This document shows positions 14,788 through 26,900 of a stretch of DNA of 64,000 nucleotides, one piece after another. The stretch comes from Tubiluchus corallicola. Taxonomy: Eukaryota; Animalia; Priapulida. The translations under genes were made by a program, and so were the position numbers. Positions within the stretch are counted from its first letter, which is position 1. The number at the start of each line of letters is the position of its first letter. The notes beneath the pieces were generated by a model, which was not told where the DNA came from, did no database searches, and worked only from the letters and a program-made list of their open reading frames with translations. The stretch spans positions 297,789 through 361,788 of the forward strand of contig JAQGDQ010000149.1 of the NCBI GenBank assembly GCA_030141605.1, read 5' to 3'.

Positions 14788-17700
14788 TTGATATTTGCCG
14801 GAGAGTACACAAAGGCGATGAACAAGGATTGGCATACAGGGCATTTCTGTTGTTGGAGTTGTGATTCCACGTTAACCGGACAGCGCTACATACTTCGTGA
14901 GGAACACCCTTACTGCATTAAATGCTACGAGGCAACGTTTGCTAACGTATGTCACGAGTGTCGAAAACCCATAGGAACAGACTCTAAGGTAAATTCATAT
15001 TTTCACATATAATCCTCCTCTTCCTCCTCCCATCTAAATCTTCTAATCACCTTTTTCTCTAACTACAATGCACAGACTGTTTAACGGTTTCTATTTTACC
15101 TGAATTTCAAGGTAAGGCAATCCTTTAATAGTTAAAGGAGTGCAGCATTAATTTACAACTTCTGCTTAGGATTGCCCAGGAACTAGGTGACAAACAGATT
15201 TTAAAATGGCTCTTTAAAGGCTGTTGTTTCAACTTCAGCCAAGCATGTCTTCAAACTCCTGTACTTATGTACACCTACTTATGTCAACGTACTTGTGTAT
15301 CAGTTTACAACATGTACCACTGAAAAACAAGTTGTTATTTTGTGAAAACCTATGTAATTCTGTTTGTAACTAAATGTAATGAGATTTTAATTTGGATTTT
15401 TGTGTCTAGTAATGTAGCCATCTATTATTAGAAAATGTGACAAACTTCAAACCCGCCAGGCTAGTGAATGTGTAGGCCAGGGGTGTGCAAATTGCGGCCC
15501 GCGGGCCACTTGCGGCCCGCCGAGAGAATTTGTGCGGCCCGCGAAGAGATTTGTCAACCTAATGAAAGTGCGGCCCGGGCGATTAATTAAGTGTATCTAG
15601 CTGAAGTTCGTGCCACGATCCCAAAGATAGTGCGGGTAGTTTTTTCTACTAGATCGGATGCCATTAACCCTTACAAGACGGTTGTAGCTTAATAACACTG
15701 TACTACACAGACTGTGTGATACACATTACTAATATACATTGTAGTGAAATTACCAAAATCTGTCGTGAAAGTAGAAATATATGGTTTATGATATAAATTT
15801 TAATAACTTCTAAAATAGTCTCTTGAGTGTAGTAGTAATGATGTACGCAGGTTGGATGCAAAAAAATCGTTACTAGGCCTTTCTGTACTTGGCTCCTTGG
15901 TCAAACTGCCTGTGGCCCGCAGGAATTGCGGGAAAGTTTAATGTAGCCCGGCTAGTCAGATAATTTGCACACCCCTGTAGGCTATTTCAGTTTATAATTT
16001 CCATTGCTATTTTAATTCGTAAATATGTATGCAGCTTCACTATAATGCAAAAACATTTCACCAGCAAACATTAAATGAAGAGTAAAAGTTAAATGTTAAA
16101 AACGCTCCAAATTAAGGGAAAGTTATTTTCGGTAAACATTTTAATTTTGCTTAGTAACTGCTTGAGTGAAAAATGTTACATCCAAAAATTTCTTGGTTAG
16201 CTTGTTAGTGTTTCCCAATACTATAAAATATGTAATAATAGACCTTGTTAATGACATAATTATACCAGATTTAAGTAACCTAGCTTACTGGATTAATTTG
16301 TCTTGGCAACTCTACTCTTTTAATTCTAGTCCACTCAATTCTTAAGAAGATTAAAATTTTCACTATGCACTATTTGTAAAATGTCGTTGGTATAACTTTG
16401 CAGGATTTATCATATAAGGATAAACATTGGCACGAACGTTGTTTTCTGTGCTCAATGTGCAAAATCTCATTGGTTGACAAGCCATTTGGATCCAAGGATG
16501 ATCGTCTATTCTGCGCTAATTGTTATGACACAGCCTTTGCTACCAGATGTGATGGGTGTGGCGAGATTTTTAAAGCAGGTGAAATAATGAACCAGCAATT
16601 TAACGTGCTTTATTTTCTAGCCATAAATTAGTTCTATATCTTATAAGTCACTTTTAGAATTCATGCAAAGCAATTATAGAGAGTTTTTAACAATGAACGT
16701 TTAAAAATCGATTTTATTTTTTCCCAGTCTAACTTAACCTAAAATGTCTCTGTCTATGATGTGAATTGCTATAATTATAAAAAAATTAAAAGTGAACACA
16801 TTTATTTGAGGTGGAGCTGAGATGTGCTGCTGTGAAATGAAATGTTTAGGATGAAATACATTATGTATCCATAGTCTAGCGATATATTGTCTTGGATTAA
16901 CAATAAATTGTCTAGGATGACCTTTAATTCCTTTTTAGATTTCATTTTATTCTAAAACATAATATCTAAATTTATTTTCTCTCATGCAGGTACAAGAAAG
17001 ATGGAGTACAAAGGACATCAATGGCATGAACATTGTTTCTGCTGCAATGTCTGTAAGCAGCCTATAGGTACAAGAAGTTTCATACCTAAAGACAACGACA
17101 TTTACTGCGCAACTTGCTATGAAGAAAAGTTTGCAACCAGGTGCAGCAAATGCAACAAGGTAAATTCTGTGATTTACTTTTCAATGCTGATTTCAGCACA
17201 ACTTTAGCCAGAAATCGCAATGGTGTCGTTTATCCAAACCGTTGGATATGCACATATGTGACTTGTCATTGTTTCATCATTCTAGTAAACCCTCTCTAAT
17301 ACAGCCACCAATAATACAATTTTTTGATAATATAAGCTAATTTAAAAAATTGTCTGTTTATCTGTAATTTATGCGAAATATGGGAAGTTTTTGAAATTTA
17401 ATCTTTAATTCAATGGAATTACACTTCGTTTGTTATCAATTAACTGATATGTGAATAACGTTTTTAAACTTGGTTTGACTGGTAATATAAGGTCTATCAT
17501 TATGTATATGACAAGACAAGTCTAGTTACCATCTGTGAAAACAGATTAGTTGATTCCTACTTGTTTGAAATATGATAACACATTACAGACTACACGCATA
17601 CAAAAATAAACCATTGGCCATTACACCATTCAAGATCTTTTTAGTATTTGCATACTTGTCGGTTACTGAATTGGGACATCTTTCTCTCCAATTTGTGAAA

Positions 17701-18798
17701 GTTAGGTGGTATCTTTTTCTTTTTTGAATGTTACAGCATAAAATTTGTGTTTGTTTAGATAATTGGAAGTGGAGGTGTTACATACAAAGGTGAACCATGG
17801 CACAGGGAATGCTTCACTTGTACAAACTGCAACACCTCATTAGCAGGGCAAAGGTTTACATCCAGGGATGATAAACCTTACTGTGCTACCTGCTTTGCAG
17901 AGCTTTTTGCGAAACGTTGTGATGCGTGCGCTAAACCAATTACAGGTTGGAAAAATTTGTTATCGTCAGTAATTCCATAATAATGATTTTATTGCAGAAT
18001 TAATTTTAAAATGGTGGCACAAAAGAAATGGGCTGCTGCTCACACTTTTTCTGGCAGACATCCCATAATTTATGATTTAATATATAAAATCGTACTTGCA
18101 GTACGTGTAATAAACAGAAATTGGCTTCATAATAAAGTTTTACCACGTTGCTTAGTACTGCCACCTACAGGTCGATATCTAAGTTGTCTATTTTTATAGA
18201 GTATGTCGTTGATAATTAGGAAACTGTGCAAAAAATAGATGCTGTACTGTATCAACAGAAAATGATAACTTCAAAACTAATGAAATCTGTTGAAACTGTA
18301 AACTTAAGTCAAAGTAAATTTTGTCAAGCTGCTGCATTTCATTGTCAGTGTGATACCACAATGTTAATACGTCGTTATATTTAGTTCAATCTGCTTTTTC
18401 AAATAGGTGCAAAGGAAAACTGTTCGTCATTGGAATAGTTTACTCAATGATGATATAATTGTTAATAGATAATGGATGGATATACAAATAGAAAATAATA
18501 GATGTATTAACCCATAGGTAAAATATTTTAGACCTTAGGTTAAAGTGAGCCATGGTATAATTATACTGCCCACGCCTGTCTTTTTTCAGCATATAATACT
18601 TAATACTTTCCTGTTTGCATTGCAGGTATGGGAGGCACAAAATTCATCTCATTCGAGGATAGGCATTGGCACAATGATTGCTTTCTTTGCAGCACCTGCA
18701 ATCAATCGTTGGTTGGTAAAGGGTTTATTACAGATGGACTTGATGTACTTTGTCCAGACTGTGCAAAAAACAAACTTCAGTCTCAGATACCTACTTAG
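14788..18798 (+). CDS. FHL2: Multi-LIM domain protein, Limpet/LIM-9/FHL2-like (last 5 coding exons, 5' partial)
   Basis: GT-AG exons with consistent phases: 14788-14988, 16404-16578, 16990-17159, 17759-17945, 18626-18798 (TAG). They give 301 aa, [25 protein letters not shown]...[14 protein letters not shown]...[13 protein letters not shown]...[14 protein letters not shown]...[14 protein letters not shown]...[16 protein letters not shown], i.e. one N-truncated plus four complete LIM (CxxC..HxxC..CxxC..CxxC) domains. The symbol is a family-level call; the invertebrate orthologue is Lmpt/lim-9. Confidence 0.93.
15478..15977. mobile_element. hAT-superfamily MITE (500 bp) in LIM gene intron
   Basis: Perfect TIR CAGGGGTGTGCAAATT / AATTTGCACACCCCTG, subterminal GCGGCCCGC repeats and a partial TSD (TAGGC on both sides). 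Same family as 40044-41091. Confidence 0.88.
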
Positions 18799-19038
18799 AA
18801 TAATTATTAAACTTTCTACTTTTTACTGATATTCATCCTTGCCAACAGGTGGCGGTGCCATTATTGTCACCTGTTTCTCATAAATTTGTACTCTATGATA
18901 GTTTCTCATAAAAACATAACCTAGTATAAGTGTAAGCATATATAAAATAAAATTGCTGGTTATAACTGTGTTCCATACCTTTTTAAGTCGAAATTAAATT
19001 TAGATGCTGTGGTCATCTATATGACCACATATGGCAAG

Positions 19039-20158
19039 TTTTTGGGTCCCTTGATTTTCCAAGTCTAGGGACCTTATGCCATCATGCAGCGTCCATCATC
19101 CGTCCATCGTCCATTCACAATTTGAGTTTAAGCCAGTTATAGCTGAACCAGTTAGGGTAGCCTTGAGATTGTTGGCATGGAGCAACTTTGAGATAAGATG
19201 ATGGTCAAGGTCAAATTTAAAAGGTCATCCCGAGGGCATGTCCAAAACAGGGGTAAAGAGGTAGAAACCGCAACAGCTGCTCAGTAATTTTGGGTATAGC
19301 TGGAGAATCCCATGGCTAGTTACAAATTCAGACAATTGCCATTATAGTGTTATAAAGGCAGATTTTGTCCCTCAAAATTGGACAATCAACAGCAATTAGC
19401 ACAAGTGACTTGCCCTCCTCCAAGAGTGAGAAAGAGAGGATCCAGGCTGAAAGGTATACTGGGAAAAATTAAGTCAATTCAACACAAGGAATTTACAGTT
19501 ACATGCCACCTATTTGTAACCCAATGTTGACAAAAAATATTTTACCACTTTCTTGGAGTGAAGAAAGGCAGATCCTAGGTCTTAACAATTGCATGTATAG
19601 TGTCATAAAGGCAGGTTATGTCCTGCAAAATAGCAAAGTAGGTGTTAGATGATGGGAATGATCATTCCTCCCCCAGAGGGAGAGAAGATCCGGGTGGTGA
19701 GTATAGTGGGTGAATCTGTGTCAGTTCAATAGGAGAAATTACGGTGACCTGTCACATATTGACTACTCAATGGTGTCAAAAATATTTTGTCTCTTTCTCG
19801 GACCCTCAAGGAGGGAGGATCAAGAACTTGAGCAATTGCAGCTATTAGGTACTAGATGATAGGTGAGACCTTTTGCGCAATGGCATTCATTGGTCCTGGA
19901 AGAAAGGTCAAAATTGGCGAATGTGACCAAAAATGCCTACTGTACGAAATTTGCTGTACGAAATTTGGACATGAAAACCATTTGATCTTGTCTGACCAGA
20001 AGGCACCACTGGGAAGTTAGTGTTATTTGCATATCTTTATTGCCTATGAGAATTTGTGAACCAAATTTGGCTGAAAAGAATTTTTGCATTAAACATCAGG
20101 ATCCTCGAGATGTCAAATATGAGATTCGGGAGCTCACAGCATCATTGATACTCTGGTT
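19039..20158 (+). mobile_element. Helentron/HINE-like non-autonomous rolling-circle element with internal ~250-bp tandem units
   Basis: Starts in a T run, has a degenerate (CCGT/CCAT)n microsatellite near the 5' end, diverged units starting CAATTG at 19333, 19586 and 19833, and a short imperfect 3' hairpin before GTT. GC-richer than its flanks. Confidence 0.55.
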
Positions 20159-21185
20159 AAAATGCTAGACGCCCATTTGGATCTATGCATTTGAATTTCA
20201 TAGTCTTTGGATGCAAACTTTTGTTTCTTTTGTTTTTGTTGTTAGTAAGTGTGTAGCTGTTTAGATTTTTTTCTTACAAAAACTGTTTTTTAATATTTTG
20301 TTAGTATTGAGAACATCTAGAGATCATGTCTTAAGGCATTTGTTAAGGTTAGACTCATTAACGGTTAAATAATCGTGCATTAATGATGAATAATTACATA
20401 TGCATATTTTGGTTCATATGTTATTACCCTTTTACTAGCCCATTGATTTTATATGGTTAACTAGTCATAGTTTTTGGTCTAAATCACACGTTCTTAGGTT
20501 AAATAATCTGTCCTTCATGATTATGGCGTGTATGTGTTTTTTAAGAAAAATTGTAGGAATTGCTTTTATTTTAATAAAATCCTTTTGAATGATATTATTG
20601 TAATAGGAGTTTGCAGACCTATCTGCTATGCTTATCCTTGCTTAGGTTTTGAATTTTGAAACATCTTTTACTCAGCGAGCTTGAAGCAGAAATTTGTACA
20701 GTTGATTAGATTAGGCATGTTTGTAATCTATTTTTTGCATACTGAGACCTTTATTGTTAGTATTATACTGATTATTCCTAACAACATTTTTATTTGTGGA
20801 TATATTGTGGTAAATACAGTCAAATAATTATGGTACTTTCATATTAGCATGGTGCATATTTGCATTGTATAGACCTTATGTTGGTGAATGTTATTGCAAT
20901 TGTTAATTATTATTATAAGAACATAACATAGTTCATGTAACCTAGTTTTGTTTTTACAGCAGTTAATTAAAAGTACTTGCACACAGAACTCCTCGACGAC
21001 AATGTCAATGGCAACAACAACAATAAAAAGTAAAGTAGTGAAGTTTTTGTGGAAAACTTCAAAATGAGAGATTTTCTGTGTATACAGTAGATACTGGAAA
21101 AATAAAAAAAATGTGTTTTACGTTAAATATTTAGTTGGCCATTATTTTAACTGTTTCACATTGAGATTATTATATTCCAAAATTG

Positions 21186-21721
21186 TTTATTCTCTACCAT
21201 AGGTCCAGTGCCAATTTGCGCTGTTGTTCTTGTTCTTGTTGTACACACATTTCATAAAAAATGCTAAGGCTTTGTAATGAGCGATCGGATCATCTGGTAG
21301 GTATGCATACTGTTAAGCTGCCAACAGTAACGGAGAGCTTTTCTGGACCTACCCCTCTGGAAGCTTTACCCCCAACTTTTACTTCAAAAAGTACTCCTTA
21401 AATGGGAAAGTCTAGAAAAACTACCCATTACCAAGTGCATTTCCAAGTACTACTACTACACCATTTTTTATGAAATTCAACGCATGCTAATTTCGATGCT
21501 AATTTCTGCGTACGCATACTGAGGATGTAACCAAGCTGGAATTTCGACTTTATGGAGAGTATGGAGTATGGAGTCAATAACGCTTAGTGTGCAGAATGGT
21601 TCGTACCGCGTATTCAGGGAATAAGTCCTTCGAGGTGTGTATGGAAGTTAATAAAGCCAAAAAGTATTGCATGCAGGCTACATAACGGGATATGTGACAT
21701 ATGTCATCAAGGCTTGTTTAC
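21186..21721 (+). mobile_element. Probable Helentron/HINE-like repeat fragment(s)
   Basis: TATTCTCTACCATAG has an imperfect inverted partner TATGGAGAGTA near 21551; (TTGTTC)n microsatellite near the start; hairpin TGACATATGTCA followed by CTTGTTT at the end. Family not identified. Confidence 0.3.
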
Positions 21722-24416
21722 TTTTTGTGTATGTAATATGTAGTTCTTCACAAGGAATTAAAGACTGAAAACATAAAATCATTCGAGTTGTGATTTGCTT
21801 CCCAAACTTTGCTCCCATGCAAGCATACTTGAATTAAAGAAAATAATTTTTTACTTCAATAAAGTTGCAGACTGCAAAGAAGAAAAAGGATTAATTCATA
21901 GTCTCAAGCAAAATACAAGAAACAGCTAGTTCACACACGCACCGCCGTCACTGTGTTGCAGGGTAGTCGGAAGACTCGCTTGTAAATCTATCAATGAAGT
22001 GGAATTATGAGTGGGGAAAAGCGAGTGTGTAGGGATTAGTACAATGAAAAATGGATGAGGTGGTGAAACGATGATAGTGATATCAATGATACTTTGAAAA
22101 CATTTTCTTTTAAGAATGTAATTTCAGAAAAATAAACCATTAATTTAGTCTGCACTCTATGTGATTGTTGCAGAAGAAGGGAAGCAAACTCCAGAGCCAG
22201 TTAATCAGTATAAGAATTAAATCATTTTTTTCTTTATTTGCGCTTTGAATTTGCCAATGGCGATTATCATCTTGTGAGATTGATGAACTTCATTTCACAG
22301 TTTTGGCCCTCTGGTTGTTTTTAATATTTTACTGGCGCTCTTATATTCGTCAAGTTGTATTTAATATTTCTTCATTACAGCGCCCCTAACTACTATAATA
22401 GCTTTTAATTAGTAGCAAGCGCTATTTTTGTATTTATATTTATATTTGTGAAGATTAGCCAGTTTTTAGCGCGCAAGTTTGTACTTTGTTTGACAATACC
22501 CAGAATGACAATAACACATGTACGAGTAAAGTAACAAATGTGCAATAATTTCAGGAAAAGGATCTTGCGTTAGCAGCGAACCAGAATCACCGAAATTAAA
22601 TCGTTCCTCAAACGAGCCATGTGCACAAAGCCGTGTTAAGTCTTATTGAGTCCTTTAGAAGAAAGTCTGTTAAAAAGTCTCTGTTGAATTGTTAAAAAAG
22701 TCTGTTATATGATACCAAAATGTGTTAATACGCTGTTGCAAAACACAGTTAAATGATTTACAAACTAAGTAAGGTTAAGTAATACCATGGTTAAACGCTG
22801 TCAAAACGATTTACTAGGACGAACGAAGCATTGGGTTACTCATTCATTGAGTTTTTCTGCATAACTGCCGGGATATATCATTTAGAACGCCATTTAGCGT
22901 AGCCATTGAAACTGTTTTATCGTAAAAAATTATAATACAAAATTACTCTAATAAAAGTGAAAAAAGTGACGCCACAATGTAAAAACCTACTATATCAGCA
23001 AGGAGACCGAGAACGAGTCCAGCTACACAATCTACTCACTCCTTTAAAGGGCAAGAAAAAACTTAAAAATATTAAAAAACTCTCGAAATATTATATCACT
23101 TACATCTGTTGTATCGTAAACAGAGCTGCGTTCGCACTAATGCTGTATAAATTTAACTGCCACGATGACCGTTAGGCGCAGCCATGTTAACGATGAGTCA
23201 TTTAAAACAAGTTTAGATGATACTACTGCACAATGACTGAAAAAATAATAAGAGCATTAGAACACTCTTCGCTAATCAAGGAAAAGTTTAAATTACTTTA
23301 TATTGGCAATAAGATAAAAAATGTGTTTTTGCGAATCAGAGCGGCACACTGGCATGGCGATGCAGAGCCGTTTTTATTAGGTGGCGGGAAAATTTTAAAT
23401 TGTTAAGAATGTTCTTTTCCAATTACACAAACAGACAAGCGCAATGCTAATAAGTAATACAAGCCTCGTGCCATGAACTCAATAAGTGTAAAAGCTAGAA
23501 TCATGAAACTTGCAGGGTAATCACCAGACATACAGGTGCTCAAAGCATAACACAGGAAAGGTGACATCTGGGACAAAGGTCACAGTGGCAGGAGCCAAAA
23601 TGTGAAAAAAGCGCAAATGACTTTGTCACTCAGCTGCTGTTACAGTACTATGAGTCTATGTTTTTGTATAAGTAGCCAAGTAAGAGTAGATGTGCACATA
23701 TACTTTTCCGGGAGTATACATGGTCATTCAGGTTACGTGACATAGGCAAAAGTGCTAAAACTGTATTTTTAGCACTTTAGCACTAAAACTAAAAATTTTC
23801 CGCTAGAGGCAAAAAGTGAAAATGGCCTGCAAAGATGTTTTTCCAGTACTGGAGAATGGTTGGTGTAGTATAATAAACTTAATACCTCAACGAGATAAAA
23901 TGGAATCGTAGAAGTTACGCCGAGATTAGTTAATCTCTGAGCCTACTAGGGGCAAAATAGAAAGGTTGAATAAATAGGGGCCTGTAGCATATCAAACAAA
24001 GGTTTCGACGGAATGCTCAGATGAATTTGAATCTCGGTGATTATCAATGTATTTTAATGGTAAATGAAGATTTTTATACATTTATACACACGCACGCCCG
24101 ACCGCCTGGCGCACACACTCGCGCGCGCACACACACTATTTGATTATGCTATAAAATTATAGGTTTATATATAGAAGAATGAGAAGCCCAAAAATAAGAG
24201 TTGTTTTTCTGGGGACATGTATGTACAGCCTAGTAATGTGGAAAGTTCATCAAAACTACCAATACAATAATAACTGAAGTGCTTATGCGATGTGTCTCTC
24301 CCAACTCCATCTCTACACACTTAACATAATTTGTTGTAATTACTTTATGAACATAGTATTGGAGATAAACTTTCGAATTCAATTGAACTGATGATGAGCC
24401 GGTAAGTCCAACATTG

Positions 24417-24417
<1 letters not shown>

Positions 24418-24449
<32 letters not shown>

Positions 24450-24506
24450 CGTGCGTGCGTGTGTGCGTGAGTATGCATGTATGTATATATATATATATAT
24501 ATATAT
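24418..24506. repeat. Compound (GT)n-(GCGT)n-(TA)n microsatellite
   Basis: Directly visible; it produces the spurious CVCV/HTHT ORFs. Confidence 0.95.
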
Positions 24507-26215
24507 TGTCACGGGGGCGAAATGTTATCGTGATGGCCTTGTACATACGAAGCCATTGCACAGTGGCGTTGAATACCGTTGCTATAGAATGGTCTCGGCG
24601 ATTCAGCAGGTGTTGGCCGGGGGCGTTTACCAGCTAAGCACCAGTTATCGCTACCGTAATCGCAAAGCATGAGGACACGTGATTGAAGTCTGGGAGTTTA
24701 GTTTCTATCCATAAATTTCCTGTTCAATTCGCATTTTTACGTCGTCACTGTAGTGACGGCGGCCAAGAGGTCCAGATTGTTGCAATATATGTAATAATTA
24801 TGTAAGTTGACAGGAGATTGGTTGGGCAGGACAGGTCACGGGTTGAAAAGTTACAAGTTGCAGTTTCATTGTGGAACGCAATTCCTAGATAATTCAATGA
24901 AATCAAAATTATGGCTTTACACAAAAAAAACTGACGACATTTCAAAGTCTAATTCTTGTAACCATTACATGCAAAATCTTCAGTTGTTAATTACGTCAAA
25001 AACATTGTTAACAAATTTATTCATATTTTTCTTTTATTTATATTTTATATTAGGCATACTTGTAAATTGTGATTTGTGTTGTCTAAGAAACAAATGTGAT
25101 TATATCAATGGTGAAAGAAGCAGTGTATGTCTAATCCGTAGTCTCTATGAGTATATGAAAGGAGGTGATACTCGAGGACTGGACTTTATAGTCACGGCAG
25201 AAAACTCGGGTGTAGCTCCAGATAAGCGCTATTCATTTGAATGATTGAATCCGAATCTGAACACAAGCATAAACATCATAAATGACATCATAAAAAAGAT
25301 CAACTGTGGCTAGTTGCTGGTGCAACACGCTATTGTAAACTCCCAGAATTCTTTTAATTTTCACTTGATTGAGAATTTTCTAGTGTTACCATCGAAATCG
25401 TGATCAAAAAATCCAAAACAATGTTTTGTATACTTAAACTGTATATACTTGACTGTATAGTTAACTGCATGTTTTATATACTGTCACATGCTTAAAATAA
25501 GACATTTGTATGTGCCCAGAGAGCATTTCCTATTTTTATGTCATCTTTACTTCGTCTTTCTGCACTATAATATATGTAGAAACAATCATGTTACTGTAAG
25601 TATTGTTTTGTTTGTAAGCAGGTACGTTTATAATACGCTAACGCAGCAGCTTTGCTTCCCCACTGCAATTAACCTCGTTACCAAAGAATTTCTCGAAACT
25701 AAACATTTAATCACTTGTCTAGCGGTTTCCGCCGTTATCAGACGAAACCACTTGCGAGGAAACAAGGGCACCACCAACTGCAGCTCAAGCACGCCAAGCC
25801 CTGAATGTTTTGCGAGAATAAGGTGTATTGCACAGCAACAGGTTTTCAACGTTTTCATAATTATATGAGAACTTTAAGAGCCAACTTCTTCGCTAAAAAA
25901 TGAAGCAGCCGACCTTGAGGGAATTTCTGTATTTTTTTGCAAATAAACAGACTTGTGTGATTTAGAAGAGTATACTTTTTAATTTACTGCTAATTCACTT
26001 ATATAAATTAATATTAAATTTTTAACGACACAAAGGAATTTAGGCATGCCTTCGTTTCTAAAATCCATTAAAATCCGTTGCAGTGCGTACTAAGCGGTGG
26101 TTCACTCTTCTATATCAGAAATACTACACCCATCGGTTAATAGGTTCAGTCGGTTAATTGGGTGAAAACACTGAGGTCCCAAAGTCGGCTACTAAGCGGC
26201 GCCTACAATTAAAGA

Positions 26216-26355
26216 AGTAAAAATAGTCCTTTATCATGAGAGCTCCACTACACCAAAATTTCGTGTTAAATGTGTAATGATAGACAATAAAAGACAAAAA
26301 TGTAATTATGAAGTATATCACCTTTGCTCCTTCTTTTAACATAGAAGCAAAACCA
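26216..26355 (-). repeat. Inverted partial duplicate of CCT8 exon 1 3' half plus intron 1 start
   Basis: Reverse complement TGGTTTTGCTTCTATGTTAAAAGAAGGAGCAAAGGT is identical to 26920-26955; similarity continues with divergence to CTCATGATAAAGGACT (about 27080). Confidence 0.9.
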
Positions 26356-26489
26356 AAAGCACAATGAATGCTGATAAGATAGCTCGCGAGATGTCTTGAA
26401 ATTTATTTCAAAAGTAGTTCTAGGTACTAGCTACAATACGATTAATGCGCAGTTTCCATTTGCAACTTGCAAGACGGTTGGCGAGGGCT

Positions 26490-26900
26490 TAGCCAATCAC
26501 TGTGAAATGTGTTCAGTAGCTTTCAGAAGCTTTACTTGTATTTTCTTTTTCTTCTTCAAAATCTCATTCCATCTATTGCAGACTTTGGGGCATCGAGATT
26601 TATTAGAGTATTCCAGCCAATTCTACCTACAAACTTTTGCCTGAGTCAGGCAAACTTTTATTGGTGACACGTGACTCGTGAGACGTCTTGCAGAGATTAC
26701 GTTAAATATGTTTCTAGGCAAGAAAACGAGGGTGTAGGTTTAACCAATCATCGCCGATCTTCTGTTCATTTTTTCTAATCTGACTGTACGATGTATCCTC
26801 TCATCGCAGTTTGGCTGGTTTAGCATTCGCTGTTGTACGAATCACCGACTCACTGATCTTGTTGCGCGGAGTTTACGGCGTGACTTAAGAAAAATGGCGC
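26490..26900 (+). promoter_or_regulatory. Probable CCT8 promoter / 5' UTR region
   Basis: CpG-richer than flanks, CCAATCA boxes near 26493 and 26744, and a YY1-like AAAATGGCG overlapping the start codon. The TSS cannot be determined from sequence. Confidence 0.45.

Noticed and set aside
24230-24672. ORFs with CVCV / HTHT repeats
   Set aside because: They are translations of the (GT)n/(TA)n microsatellite.
24507-24760. Possible solo LTR (TGTCACG start, GTCGTCAC/GTGACGGC hairpin at end)
   Set aside because: No CA terminus, TSD or second copy in the window.
25488-25868. Overlapping ORFs upstream of CCT8 as a possible divergent gene
   Set aside because: No recognisable domain and no supportable exon chain.
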